Origin: an uncultured archaeon | GTDB lineage: Archaea > Asgardarchaeota > Heimdallarchaeia > Heimdallarchaeales > Kariarchaeaceae | NCBI GenBank assembly: GCA_964645535.1 | Contig: CAZYCQ010000003.1 | Coordinates: forward strand, 43,328 to 107,327 | DNA: 64,000 bases | Reading direction: 5' to 3' | In this document: piece after piece, positions 19,689 to 29,412 of the stretch | How positions within the stretch are numbered: position 1 is the stretch's first letter | How the letters are laid out: each line of letters opens with the position of its first letter | The notes under the pieces: generated by a model | What the model was told of the DNA's origin: nothing | Database searches by the model: none | Seen by the model: the letters and a program-made list of their open reading frames with translations, nothing else | Made by a program: the position numbers and the translations under genes

Positions 19689-21270
19689 GCATATTTGCAT
19701 GTTTTTTCGGAGGAATGTGCTCTCGTTTGCTGAGAGTAAAGTTGAGGGCTTTGATCAGGATGTCTCGTGTTTCTTCGGGAAAGATAACTCCATCAATTAA
19801 TCCAAGTTCAGCAGCAATATATGGATTGGAAAACTGTTCTTCATACAGATCTATCATTTCTTTTCTTTTCTTCTCAGGATTTTCTGCCTTAGATATTTCT
19901 TTACGGAAAATGATGTTGGCAGCACCACTGGCACCCATAACCGCAATTTCTGCGGTAGGCCACGCATAGACTTGGTCTGCACCAGAATGCCTGCTTCCAA
20001 GCACATCATATGCACCTCCAAAGTCTTTTCGTAGAATTATGGTCAATTTGGGAACGGTCGCCTCGCAATAGGCATAAAGAAGTTTTGCACCATGCCTGAT
20101 GATGCCACCAAACTCCTGATCAGAACCTGGAAGGAAGCCAGGGACATCAACAAAGGTGACAATGGGAATATTGAAGGAATCACAGAATCTGATGAAACGG
20201 GCGGCCTTATCTGAAGCATTGATATCCAAGGTACCGGCCATATGCTTCGGTTGGTTTGCCACAATACCTACAGGATATCCATCCAATCTTGCAAAACCTA
20301 TGACAATATTTTGGGCATATTCTTTCTGAATCTCAAAAAAGGAATTTTCATCAACAACTCTAATAATTATCTCAGTTACATCAAAAGGTTTGTTTACATT
20401 GTCTGGAAGAACTTCCCTCAATTCCATGGGGTCACTTCTAGGAGAAACAGGTTCTGACCGAGGAGGATCAGACAGATTGTTTTGAGGGATATATTCAAGC
20501 AATTTCTTGACATATGCCAAGGCAGTAGCCTCATTTTTTGCTCTAAAATGGGCCACACCACTCTTGCGATTATGAGTAATGGAACCGCCCAAATCCTCAA
20601 AAGAAATATCCTCGCCTGTCACTTCCTTAACCACATTGGGACCGGTGATAAACATATACGATGTTTCATCAACCATGACAATGAAATCAGTTAAAGCAGG
20701 AGAGTAGACCGCACCACCTGCACAAGGACCCATAATGACGGAAATTTGCGGGACGATGCCAGAAGCAATGACATTGGCTCTGAAGATCCTTCCATAACCT
20801 GCAAGGGAAGCCACACCTTCCTGAATTCGTGCCCCACCAGAATCATTCAAGCCAATTATTGGAAGACCATTCTTCATGGCAAAATCCATTATTTTCAGAA
20901 TTTTTTCGGCATGCATTTCGCCTAAGGCACCACCAAAGACGGTGAAGTCCTGAGCGAAAATACAGACTTTCCTTCCATCAATGGTTCCATAACCCGTGAC
21001 AACACCATCCCCCAATATTTTCTTTTTCCCCATCCCGAATGCTTCAGTCCTATGAACCACAAATTTGTCGGTTTCAACAAAGGAGCCTGGATCCAATAGC
21101 ATTTCAATTCTCTCTCTTGCAGTCATCTTTCCTTTTTCGTGTTGTGCCTTGATCCTTTCTTCGCCACCTCCAAGCTCAGCAATTCTATTCTTTTCCTCGA
21201 GAATTTCGAATTTCTGTTTCTTATTCACAGGTTGACCTAAGTCTCGGTTGACAAAAAGGTTGTGGAACAC
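19681..21270 (-). CDS. Acyl-CoA carboxylase carboxyltransferase subunit (propionyl-CoA carboxylase beta / methylmalonyl-CoA decarboxylase alpha family)
   Basis: 529 aa. RIKAQHEKGKMTARERIEMLLDPGSFVE, GVVTGYGTIDGRKVCIFAQDFTVFGGALGEMHAEKI and PQISVIMGPCAGGAVYSPALTDF are characteristic carboxyltransferase blocks. Confidence 0.9.
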   Translation of the reverse strand: MFHNLFVNRDLGQPVNKKQKFEILEEKNRIAELGGGEERIKAQHEKGKMTARERIEMLLDPGSFVETDKFVVHRTEAFGMGKKKILGDGVVTGYGTIDGRKVCIFAQDFTVFGGALGEMHAEKILKIMDFAMKNGLPIIGLNDSGGARIQEGVASLAGYGRIFRANVIASGIVPQISVIMGPCAGGAVYSPALTDFIVMVDETSYMFITGPNVVKEVTGEDISFEDLGGSITHNRKSGVAHFRAKNEATALAYVKKLLEYIPQNNLSDPPRSEPVSPRSDPMELREVLPDNVNKPFDVTEIIIRVVDENSFFEIQKEYAQNIVIGFARLDGYPVGIVANQPKHMAGTLDINASDKAARFIRFCDSFNIPIVTFVDVPGFLPGSDQEFGGIIRHGAKLLYAYCEATVPKLTIILRKDFGGAYDVLGSRHSGADQVYAWPTAEIAVMGASGAANIIFRKEISKAENPEKKRKEMIDLYEEQFSNPYIAAELGLIDGVIFPEETRDILIKALNFTLSKREHIPPKKHANMPM

Positions 21271-21326
21271 CTATCTTATGTTGCACATGAACAAAACTTC
21301 ATTAGATAGGCGGGGAAATATCAAAT

Positions 21327-21617
21327 GTGGTCAAATTCGTTGTTGAGATCCACCGTTCCTTGAGAAAGGAAGATGATCCTAAAGAGTATGAAATCGAAGT
21401 GGATGGTTCTGACAAAACAATTGGAGAACTCATCTCATTGGCTTTGCAAGATCGGGATGACATCAAAGAGCTTTGCCTGAATGGAACAAAGGCAAAGCCG
21501 GGAATTCTTTATATTTCTGGAAAGCATGAGTTGAGAAGTTTGGGGTTGATTGACGAGCCATTTACCCCAGAAGAGGATACCAGAATCAAAATTGTCCCCG
21601 TACTTCATGGGGGATGA
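21327..21617 (+). CDS. Urm1-family ubiquitin-like beta-grasp protein ending in Gly-Gly
   Basis: 96 aa. The C-terminus ...RIKIVPVLHGG-stop (GG then TGA at 21615-21617) resembles the Urm1 C-terminus (..S/TLHGG). PGILYISGKHELRSLG corresponds to the Urm1 'GILVLIND.DWEL' region. GTG start in the ORF track (21327); an out-of-frame ATG lies at 21325. Confidence 0.65.
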   Translation: MVKFVVEIHRSLRKEDDPKEYEIEVDGSDKTIGELISLALQDRDDIKELCLNGTKAKPGILYISGKHELRSLGLIDEPFTPEEDTRIKIVPVLHGG

Positions 21618-21620
21618 TTA

Positions 21621-22424
21621 ATGAAGATATTTTTGGGAACTACTGGTTGGGCATACAGTTTTTGGAAAGGAAGCTTTTACCCGAAAAGGATTGGGAATTT
21701 CCTTAACTATTATGCGTCACAAAGCCCTATTGTCGAGATTAATTCGTCATATTACAGCATTCCTTCAGAACAGACCATCAAAAGGTGGGAAGAACAGACA
21801 CCGAAGGAGTTCGGATTTTTTGCCAAGATGAACAAGGAAGTTACACATTCAAATAAAGGATCTGAAAGCAGAATTGGGAAATTAAGGGAATTCCATTTGA
21901 GATTCAACAAATTGAAAAAATTGAGAGGTATTCTTTTTCAATTTCCGTATGCCTTCAATCGAACGGAAAAGCATGAACAACTTCTTGAAACTCTAGTTGA
22001 AAAAAATGCCATATGGTCAGAAGTGCCTGCCATAGTTGAGATACGAAATAAATCTTGGTTTAAATCTCCAGTTCTATCCCGTTTATTGGATGAAAACCGA
22101 ATTGTCCTTGCATGCACCTCTAAGCTTAGCGAAACTTATGATTGGGCGGCTACCCAAAAAATATTGTATGTAAGAATTTTGGGGTCTAGAAAGGAATTTC
22201 CAGATCATCTGTTAGGAAAGAAACGAGTTGACAAAAGTGCACAGCTTGAAAATTGGGCAGAAAAAATAGCAGCCTTCGAGGGAGAGATTGCATACATCTT
22301 CGTCAATAATCGATTTTCGGGGAATGCAGCAATCGATGCACAGAAACTTTACCAAATTCTTGAAGGGAAGGGAGTTCCAATAATCGGGTTCAAACCCAAA
22401 CCATCTTTGGCAGATTACTGGTAA
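21621..22424 (+). CDS. DUF72 (UPF0759) family protein
   Basis: 267 aa. The N-terminal IFLGTTGWAYSFWKGSFYP motif and overall length are typical of DUF72. It starts 3 nt after the Urm1-like stop. Confidence 0.8.
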   Translation: MKIFLGTTGWAYSFWKGSFYPKRIGNFLNYYASQSPIVEINSSYYSIPSEQTIKRWEEQTPKEFGFFAKMNKEVTHSNKGSESRIGKLREFHLRFNKLKKLRGILFQFPYAFNRTEKHEQLLETLVEKNAIWSEVPAIVEIRNKSWFKSPVLSRLLDENRIVLACTSKLSETYDWAATQKILYVRILGSRKEFPDHLLGKKRVDKSAQLENWAEKIAAFEGEIAYIFVNNRFSGNAAIDAQKLYQILEGKGVPIIGFKPKPSLADYW

Positions 22425-22470
22425 GACCCATAGAAAAAAACTTTATGCCATGATATTCCCTGCCTAAATA

Positions 22471-23208
22471 ATGAATAACGAAAAGACCGTAGTGGCGATT
22501 ATCAGCGGGGGTCTTGATTCAACAACAATGCTTTGGTTTCTTATGTCAGAGGGCTATGATGTCATAGAAACCATCAGTTTCAATTATGGGCAAAGACATG
22601 TCAAGGAACTCGATTCAGCGAGGCAGATTGTGGAGAAATTCAACAACCAATTCAACAAAGAGATAGATCATCAAATTGTTGATTTACGAGAAGTAGGTAA
22701 ATTAATTTCAAAGGGAGCCCTTACAGGAAAGGAAGATGTCCCTAAAGAGATGTATGACCGTGAGAGTCAGAAAGTGACTGTGGTTCCCAACAGAAATGGA
22801 ATCATGCTGAACATCGCTGCTGGAAGGGCAGTGACCATAGGTGCCCGGTATATTGCGTATGCTGCGCATGCAAGTGACTATAGCGTCTATCCAGATTGCA
22901 GACCGGAATATATTGAAGCCATGGACAAGGCAATTTATTTGGGGAATCTTTGGGATCCCGTCAACATTTTGGCACCATTCAAGCATCTTTCAAAAGGAGA
23001 AGTTACAGGAGTTGCAATGAAAGTGGGGGCTCCTTTGGAATTGACATGGAGTTGCTATCAAGGGGGAGAAAGACCATGTCTGGAATGCGGAACCTGTCTT
23101 GAAAGAACAGAGGCTTTTTTACAGATTGGTGAATCCGATCCGTCCTTAACTGATGAAGAATGGAAACTGGCAGTTGAACAATACAAAAAGCATGCTGCAA
23201 AGGATTGA
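22471..23208 (+). CDS. queC: 7-cyano-7-deazaguanine synthase
   Basis: VVAIISGGLDSTTMLW PP-loop, NYGQRH, and the C-terminal Zn cluster SCYQGGERPCLECGTCLERTEAF. Confidence 0.9.
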   Translation: MNNEKTVVAIISGGLDSTTMLWFLMSEGYDVIETISFNYGQRHVKELDSARQIVEKFNNQFNKEIDHQIVDLREVGKLISKGALTGKEDVPKEMYDRESQKVTVVPNRNGIMLNIAAGRAVTIGARYIAYAAHASDYSVYPDCRPEYIEAMDKAIYLGNLWDPVNILAPFKHLSKGEVTGVAMKVGAPLELTWSCYQGGERPCLECGTCLERTEAFLQIGESDPSLTDEEWKLAVEQYKKHAAKD

Positions 23209-23257
23209 TATATTTGTCGGAATTCGTTATCCTTTTGAGGGTAACCAATCAGAAGAG

Positions 23258-23267
23258 TTTTTATAAA
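23258..23267 (+). promoter_or_regulatory. TATA-like box (TTTTTATAAA) upstream of the membrane zinc-ribbon gene
   Basis: Centred ~26 nt upstream of the ATG at 23289. Confidence 0.4.
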
Positions 23268-23288
23268 AAACTCCTAATGTATTAAATA

Positions 23289-24083
23289 ATGAATGCACAC
23301 CCAACAAAGATTGAACCACCTCGGCTAAATTTCTTCTATACGGCAGTCATGCTCATCATGACAATTTCATGGTTTATTTCCATGATACGATCGTCAATCT
23401 TGATGGCTCAGGAGCAGGCTCCGAATTTTAAGCTGATTGCCTCAATTGCTACATCTGCCATTTTGTTTTCAGTCAGTATACCTGTGACCATTCTTTTTTA
23501 CTTGTCTAGCACTGGAAGACAACTTGATAAGGTTAGCGTGATTCTTCCTGCAAACCTAGTGCACGCCTTGAACCGATGGATAGAGGGGATATTCACAGAA
23601 GGAACTTCAACAGAAAATGCCATAGTGGTTGTTGGTTTTTTGATACTTGGAGCATTCATAGGCCAAACAACAGTTAACCAATTTCAAGAGGGAATTTTTC
23701 CAGTTGCATTGATTCTTGGTCTTGTCCTTTATTCAATTGATCAACGAGGAAAGAAGAAAAAACGTCTCATTGCCATGCTTCGACATGATGAACGGATTCC
23801 CCTGAAAATTGCAAGTAAAAGACTGGATCTGAGCACGAAAAATCTAATTAAGATGGTTTTTGACCTATCCTCAGAAGGTCATCCGATTGCGGTGGATACC
23901 GAATCCAAATATGTCTACAGGACAAAAGACCTTTCTGAAAATACAGAAACAGTTAGTACGCAAGTGCAGGAAAGTGGACAAAGAATGGTGGGCGAGATAT
24001 GTGCTTATTGCGGAGAAGCTAATCCAATTGTTGGAGCAAAGTTTTGCATTAAATGCGGAGCATCAATGGTGCCTGCAAAATGA
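23289..24083 (+). CDS. Membrane protein with a C-terminal zinc-ribbon
   Basis: 264 aa with four predicted TM helices in the N-terminal half. C-terminal CAYCGEANPIVGAKFCIKCGASM zinc-ribbon. TATA-like box 26 nt upstream. Confidence 0.6.
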   Translation: MNAHPTKIEPPRLNFFYTAVMLIMTISWFISMIRSSILMAQEQAPNFKLIASIATSAILFSVSIPVTILFYLSSTGRQLDKVSVILPANLVHALNRWIEGIFTEGTSTENAIVVVGFLILGAFIGQTTVNQFQEGIFPVALILGLVLYSIDQRGKKKKRLIAMLRHDERIPLKIASKRLDLSTKNLIKMVFDLSSEGHPIAVDTESKYVYRTKDLSENTETVSTQVQESGQRMVGEICAYCGEANPIVGAKFCIKCGASMVPAK

Positions 24084-24093
24084 GGGATGAAAA

Positions 24094-25113
24094 ATGACAA
24101 GTGAAGAGGACATCATCGACTTGCTTACCAAAATTTCGACCAAAGGGTTCACGAATCTCCAAGCAAAAGCGTATCTTTCCCTCCTGAAACTAGGCGAAGG
24201 AACAGGATCTGCAATTGCAGAGCAAGCCGGAATCAATAGGTCAAAGATCTATGATGTCCTAGGTGATCTAGAACTTATGGGGGCTGTAAGGAGAATATCC
24301 CGGGAAGGAAAAACAATCTATGTTGGAATAGATCCGAACGAGGTTCTTGAAAAATTAAAGGGGGATTTCATTGCCGATTTGGAAATATCGAAAAAGGCTC
24401 TTGAAAGAATAAAAAATACCTTCGGCTTTCTGGATGAAGCATCGGTTACACTTTCAAGAATGCAAACAAAAAACCTGAACATCAATGATTTCAGCATCAT
24501 GATTTCTACAACTCAACGTGCAAGGGGGCAACTCCTGGAACTTCTACCTCCAGAAAATAGGCCTTCGGAAGAAGTTACTTTGCTTGAATTGGGAAAACGA
24601 CCTACAAAAGGAGATTTGATCATGCTTATTGGGGATTACGAGGTTTTGCTCTTTAACGCGCCAACCTCTTCCCAAATCAAAAACGTTCTAAGATTCTTAG
24701 GGCGGGAATTCAGTATTTTTTTCAAAGGTATTGTTAATCATCTGTGGGATCAGTATTTGCCTCAGCACATCATCGAGGATATACAGAAAGGGGACAGACT
24801 TCTCCTCGCCAAGGAGATGGTGACATTGATGAGATATCGCTTGGCAAATGGAGCCATCAGGAATGAACACCTACGACCGGTTCCTATGCTGATAACTGAC
24901 ACTCACATCTCATTCATCTATCTTGACGAAGAAGACCCAAAAATACCGATTAAGAATATCAAAACCATTAAGATCGAAAATGGAATGATTTTCTGTGATC
25001 TGTATTCGGCAACAGGCAACAAGCTTGCAACACTTGAATTTAAACCTTTAAGCAACACTCTTATGATTCGGAATCTGATTTCTGTACTTATTTCCGATCG
25101 TCTGCGGAATTGA
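24094..25113 (+). CDS. TrmB-family transcriptional regulator (N-terminal wHTH) with an uncharacterised C-terminal domain
   Basis: The N-terminus LQAKAYLSLLKLGEGTGSAIAEQAGINRSKIYDVLGDLELMGAVRR matches the TrmB-type HTH. Confidence 0.7.
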   Translation: MTSEEDIIDLLTKISTKGFTNLQAKAYLSLLKLGEGTGSAIAEQAGINRSKIYDVLGDLELMGAVRRISREGKTIYVGIDPNEVLEKLKGDFIADLEISKKALERIKNTFGFLDEASVTLSRMQTKNLNINDFSIMISTTQRARGQLLELLPPENRPSEEVTLLELGKRPTKGDLIMLIGDYEVLLFNAPTSSQIKNVLRFLGREFSIFFKGIVNHLWDQYLPQHIIEDIQKGDRLLLAKEMVTLMRYRLANGAIRNEHLRPVPMLITDTHISFIYLDEEDPKIPIKNIKTIKIENGMIFCDLYSATGNKLATLEFKPLSNTLMIRNLISVLISDRLRN

Positions 25114-25558
25114 GCTGCCGGATTATTTTCATGACTACATCATCAAGTGATTCCTTGATTTCATGTTCCCAAATGCGAATTATTGTCCACTCAAGTTGCT
25201 CTAGGTTTTCTGTGTCCTCCCTGTCTCGTTCTTTGTTTCTAGAGATTTTCTTTTTCCAGAAATCCACATTTGACTTTGGCTCCCTATAGCATTTGGGGCA
25301 TGCATGCCAGAAGCAACCGTCAATGAAAATGGCGATTTTTTTATTAGGAAATGCTATATCAGGCCTGATAACCTTGGTCATCCCTTGAATTGGATAATGA
25401 ATACGATATCGGTATCCACTGTTCCAAAGCAACTTTCTTACTTGAAGTTCAGGCTTTGTGTTCTTTCCTCGAATTTTGCTCATTATTCGGGATCGAACAT
25501 CTGCAGAGAATTTGTCAGGCACCTGAATAGGATTTGGAAAGGGCATTATAAACATCAT
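25088..25558 (-). CDS. vsr: Very short patch repair endonuclease
   Basis: 156 aa. RSRIMSKIRGKNTKPELQVRKLL and RPDIAFPNKKIAIFIDGCFWHACPKC are canonical Vsr blocks. Confidence 0.85.
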   Translation of the reverse strand: MMFIMPFPNPIQVPDKFSADVRSRIMSKIRGKNTKPELQVRKLLWNSGYRYRIHYPIQGMTKVIRPDIAFPNKKIAIFIDGCFWHACPKCYREPKSNVDFWKKKISRNKERDREDTENLEQLEWTIIRIWEHEIKESLDDVVMKIIRQLNSADDRK

Positions 25559-25643
25559 GCTTTAGAGAATATCGTGCATTCTTGGAAAAAACCATAGGTT
25601 GCCGCAATATTACATCTCATAAGGACTGACAAAAACAGGATGT

Positions 25644-27473
25644 ATGGATGACTTCAAGTATTATTTGGGTATTGAAACTACAGGAGGTGCAACATGGAGC
25701 CCGGATTCAAAACGAATTGCGTTTGTCTATGATGCACCAGGCAATTTGCAAGTTTACAGTGTAGAGGCGAAAAAAGCACTTTCTTGGCCAGAAAAGAAAA
25801 CGTTCAGTGAAGATAGATGCACAAATCCAAGATTCTTGAAAACAGGAGAAATAATTTTCCAGACAGATAAAGGAGGAAATGAAAATTTTCAAGTTTACAT
25901 GATTAACAAGAATAATGGAATCATCAAGGTGACAGATTATCCCAATTCAAAAATCTTGATTAATTATATTACAGATAATCACGTTTATGTTTCAGCTAAC
26001 ATTCGTGATAAAAGGTCTTTTGGGATATACCGATTTTCTACCTCGTTTTTTGAACTTGAAGAAGTTATCTCCCCTGATGAAGGATTGTACCGCATTGGAA
26101 CAATAGACAAGGAAGAGAAGAAAATAGCCATAGTACGACCATCCTCCAATGTTCACACAGAAATCCTGATCTATGATATGGAAACAAGACAAGTGAATAA
26201 ACTGACAGAAAAAAATTTTGAAGAACATGCAGTCTGGTCACCTGTCAAATTCCTAACGGAAAATAAACTACTTGTTGTAACGGATTACCAGAATGACTTC
26301 AGAAAATTAGGGATCTTGACTCTTTCAGGAAAATTCGATCCCCTAGATGCAAAATCTCCCTATGACATTACGTCAATTGATTGGAGCTATGAGGATGACG
26401 CAATATTCTTTTCTGAAAACAGGGAAGGCTACAATGTTCTTTTCCAAACCATAATAACAGAAAATGGAATGACTGAAAAGAAAGAAATACCCTTGCCTTT
26501 CAAGGGAGTCATTGTCCAAGGAGATACCAGATCTTTTACCAAAGGAATTTCACGTTCACCCGATGGTAATTGGTTAGCTGTAACCTTGTCTTCATCTACA
26601 GAACCCACTAGCATCTGGATTTATGATCTGAAAGAAAGGGAATGGTACAGAATAACACAACCAAGCACGGCTGGGTTAGACAGAAATGCATTTTCAAAAG
26701 AGGAATTGCTTAGATACAAAAGCTTTGATGGACTGGAAATTCCATATTTCAGGTATTTGCCAAGATCGTCAATGCCAAAAGGAGGATTTCCTGCAATCCT
26801 GATGATACATGGAGGACCAGAAGCACAATTCCGTCCTACATTCAACCCCATCATACAATTTTACCTTTCAGCAGGCTTTGCAGTAATTGCCCCGAATATT
26901 AGAGGAAGTGCTGGCTATGGACGGAAGTATCTTGATGCAGATAACAAGGAAAAACGACTAGATGCAATAAGGGATATCGCTGAACTTGCCAAACATCTCA
27001 AGAATGAGGACAATGAAATCAATGGCGAAAAGCTTGTAATATATGGAGGTAGTTATGGTGGATTTGCAGTCTTGTCCTGCTTGACTGAGTATCCTGATTT
27101 ATGGAAAGCGGGAGTCGATATTGTCGGAATTTCTGATTTCGTGACCTTCCTCAAGAACACAGCCGCTTGGCGAAGAAAATTGAGAGAAGCGGAATACGGG
27201 TCACTTGAGGACGATTATGAGACTTTAGTGAAGATTTCACCCATTCATAAAGTTGATCGAATCAAAGCACCTCTATTCATTATTCAAGGAGACAATGATG
27301 AGCGTGTACCTCTGTCTGAATCTATTCAGATTTATGAATCACTTCAAAAAAGAGGGATTGAAACCCGATTGTTGAGATTTGCTGATGAAGGACATGGAGT
27401 AGTAAAATTGAAAAATAAGATTAAAGCTTATCCTGAAGTTCTGAATTGGCTTCAGGAAATTGTCAACCGCTGA
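25644..27473 (+). CDS. S9 family serine peptidase (prolyl oligopeptidase/acylaminoacyl-peptidase-like) with an N-terminal beta-propeller
   Basis: 609 aa. Nucleophile elbow GGSYGGF, then IQGDNDERVP and DEGHG, giving a Ser-Asp-His order. The N-terminal half is WD/propeller-like. Confidence 0.85.
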   Translation: MDDFKYYLGIETTGGATWSPDSKRIAFVYDAPGNLQVYSVEAKKALSWPEKKTFSEDRCTNPRFLKTGEIIFQTDKGGNENFQVYMINKNNGIIKVTDYPNSKILINYITDNHVYVSANIRDKRSFGIYRFSTSFFELEEVISPDEGLYRIGTIDKEEKKIAIVRPSSNVHTEILIYDMETRQVNKLTEKNFEEHAVWSPVKFLTENKLLVVTDYQNDFRKLGILTLSGKFDPLDAKSPYDITSIDWSYEDDAIFFSENREGYNVLFQTIITENGMTEKKEIPLPFKGVIVQGDTRSFTKGISRSPDGNWLAVTLSSSTEPTSIWIYDLKEREWYRITQPSTAGLDRNAFSKEELLRYKSFDGLEIPYFRYLPRSSMPKGGFPAILMIHGGPEAQFRPTFNPIIQFYLSAGFAVIAPNIRGSAGYGRKYLDADNKEKRLDAIRDIAELAKHLKNEDNEINGEKLVIYGGSYGGFAVLSCLTEYPDLWKAGVDIVGISDFVTFLKNTAAWRRKLREAEYGSLEDDYETLVKISPIHKVDRIKAPLFIIQGDNDERVPLSESIQIYESLQKRGIETRLLRFADEGHGVVKLKNKIKAYPEVLNWLQEIVNR

Positions 27474-27888
27474 CATGAACTGAAGTAGGCTTGACAAAAA
27501 CAATTAACCTCTTCTGTCCCTCAGGTATGGGAAAATCTCGATTATCACCCCAATATTTATGCGCAAGCTTGTTGATATGAGCCTTGGCCTTTTCTTGATC
27601 ATCATCTATTGAAACAACCTTCCCTTGGAGAGAGATATATCTGTAGGGATTATCCGAATCTGGGACTGAAAGAGCCACCATTGGATTGGATCGAATATTT
27701 TTGACTTTCAACCTACCTTCCGCGGTATTGAAAACAACATATCCAGTTTCATGGTCATATTCGATCCAAATTGGCGTGACTTGGGGCTGACACTTTGTGT
27801 TGACTGTTGCAAGAAAGCCAACATGTGATCCTTCCATTAGATCCAGATAATCTTCAGGAATACTCATAGCATAAATGGAAAATGACAA
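27463..27888 (-). CDS. Pyridoxamine 5'-phosphate oxidase-family (PPOX-class, FMN/F420-binding split barrel) protein
   Basis: 141 aa. GFLATV...PQVTPIW...FNT...KVKNIRSNPMVALSV pattern is typical of the family. Confidence 0.7.
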   Translation of the reverse strand: MSFSIYAMSIPEDYLDLMEGSHVGFLATVNTKCQPQVTPIWIEYDHETGYVVFNTAEGRLKVKNIRSNPMVALSVPDSDNPYRYISLQGKVVSIDDDQEKAKAHINKLAHKYWGDNRDFPIPEGQKRLIVFVKPTSVHVSG

Positions 27889-27960
27889 GATTATACTTTT
27901 TCGTTTGTCCTATTTTTGGAGTTGTTCCTATATCTACGTCCTTAGAAAAAACTATTTGGA

Positions 27961-29352
27961 ATGGAAGGAAGTTCTGAAATCGTGACTTCCGAGCCGACAA
28001 TATCTGCACGGGAAAGAGAAGCACTTTCCAGGTCTCCGATAAAAAAACTTGAAAATCCATATCGAAAATTCATCAGGAATGAAGCAGTAAGTGGAGTAAT
28101 TCTTGTTCTTTCGATTTTCATTGCACTTGTGTGGGCGAACCTTTCATCAACCTATGAGCATATTTGGGAAGCAGAACTAACTTTTGAATTCGAGAAAATA
28201 AAGTTTCAAACTAATTTACATTTCCTCATAAATGAATTTTTGATGACAGCCTTTTTCTTGCTTGTTGGCTTGGAGATCAAACGAGAATTGTTGTTTGGAG
28301 AACTGCGAAATTTCAGAGTGGCAATTCTCCCGCTTTTTGGAGCCATCGGAGGAATGGTAGTGCCCGTTTTGCTTTATGCATCGATTAATCCGCCGGGATC
28401 ACCGTATTTTAAAGGATGGGCAATTCCTATGGCGACTGATATTGCCTTTGCATTGGGGATACTCTACATGATGGGGAATCGGGTACCTCATTCTCTCAAA
28501 ATCTTCTTGGCATCTCTTGCCATTTTTGATGATCTTGGTTCAATAATGGTAATTGCCATATTTTATTCAAAAGGAATAGAAGTTGAATATCTCCTCCTAA
28601 GTGCAATATTCATCCTTTTGCTTTTCCTATTGAATAAATTTAATTTACGAGTTCTGAGAATTTATTTTCTGATTGGTTTCGGACTGTGGATTTCCCTATA
28701 CCTTGCAGGGGTCCATCCAACATTGGCAGGAGTCATTATCGCCCTATTCATTCCAGAACAACAACATCTTGATTTTATTGAGTTTGAAGAAATAGGTTTT
28801 CAACTCTTAAACAAAATGGATAATTACCTCAAAGACAATGAATTGAAGAAATATGAAGTCGAACCATTTATGGATACGATTCAAACTTTAAGGATCGCAT
28901 GTGATGAGGTATTGTCACCGCTTCAACGCCTAGAATACAATCTTTCCCCCATGGTCACATTCTATATTATTCCCCTTTTCGTTTTTGCCAATGCGGGAAT
29001 CAGTTTTACTGGGTCATTTGCAGAACGAATAATTGAACCTGTTGCATTGGGTGTTATCACGGGATTAGTGTTCGGAAAGCCTCTGGGAATTTTTCTCTTT
29101 TCCCAAATACCACTGAAACTTAAATGGGCATCACTTCCTAGGAGCATGACAGTTGGACACTTATTTAGTGCAGGACTGATTGGAGGAATAGGCTTTACCA
29201 TGTCTACATTTATACTTACCTTGACTTTTACAGACCATGAGATCATAGAATCAACAAAAATTGCGATTCTCATGGCATCTTTTATTGCAGCGGTTTTGGG
29301 AATGGTGTCAATCAAATTTCTTGACAAGAAAAACAAAAAAACAAGGGATTGA
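27961..29352 (+). CDS. nhaA: Na+/H+ antiporter NhaA
   Basis: 463 aa. FFLLVGLEIKRELLFGEL, ATDIAFALG and AIFDDLGSI (DD motif) blocks, with about 12 TM helices. Confidence 0.9.
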   Translation: MEGSSEIVTSEPTISAREREALSRSPIKKLENPYRKFIRNEAVSGVILVLSIFIALVWANLSSTYEHIWEAELTFEFEKIKFQTNLHFLINEFLMTAFFLLVGLEIKRELLFGELRNFRVAILPLFGAIGGMVVPVLLYASINPPGSPYFKGWAIPMATDIAFALGILYMMGNRVPHSLKIFLASLAIFDDLGSIMVIAIFYSKGIEVEYLLLSAIFILLLFLLNKFNLRVLRIYFLIGFGLWISLYLAGVHPTLAGVIIALFIPEQQHLDFIEFEEIGFQLLNKMDNYLKDNELKKYEVEPFMDTIQTLRIACDEVLSPLQRLEYNLSPMVTFYIIPLFVFANAGISFTGSFAERIIEPVALGVITGLVFGKPLGIFLFSQIPLKLKWASLPRSMTVGHLFSAGLIGGIGFTMSTFILTLTFTDHEIIESTKIAILMASFIAAVLGMVSIKFLDKKNKKTRD

Positions 29353-29412
29353 AATCATATTGCAATGGCAGGTGAAACAATGTTAAAGAATAATGATAGA
29401 TAGTTTTACTTA

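Noticed and set aside
22471-23208. Link between queC and the defence island (dpd-type 7-deazaguanine DNA modification)
   Set aside because: queC is more than 22 kb away, on the other strand, among housekeeping genes. No DpdA/TGT-like gene is near the island. QueC is expected anyway for archaeosine and queuosine precursor synthesis.
28962-29336. 124-aa minus-strand ORF inside nhaA
   Set aside because: It is antisense to a complete NhaA transporter, and its hydrophobic translation is a mirror artefact of a membrane-protein gene.
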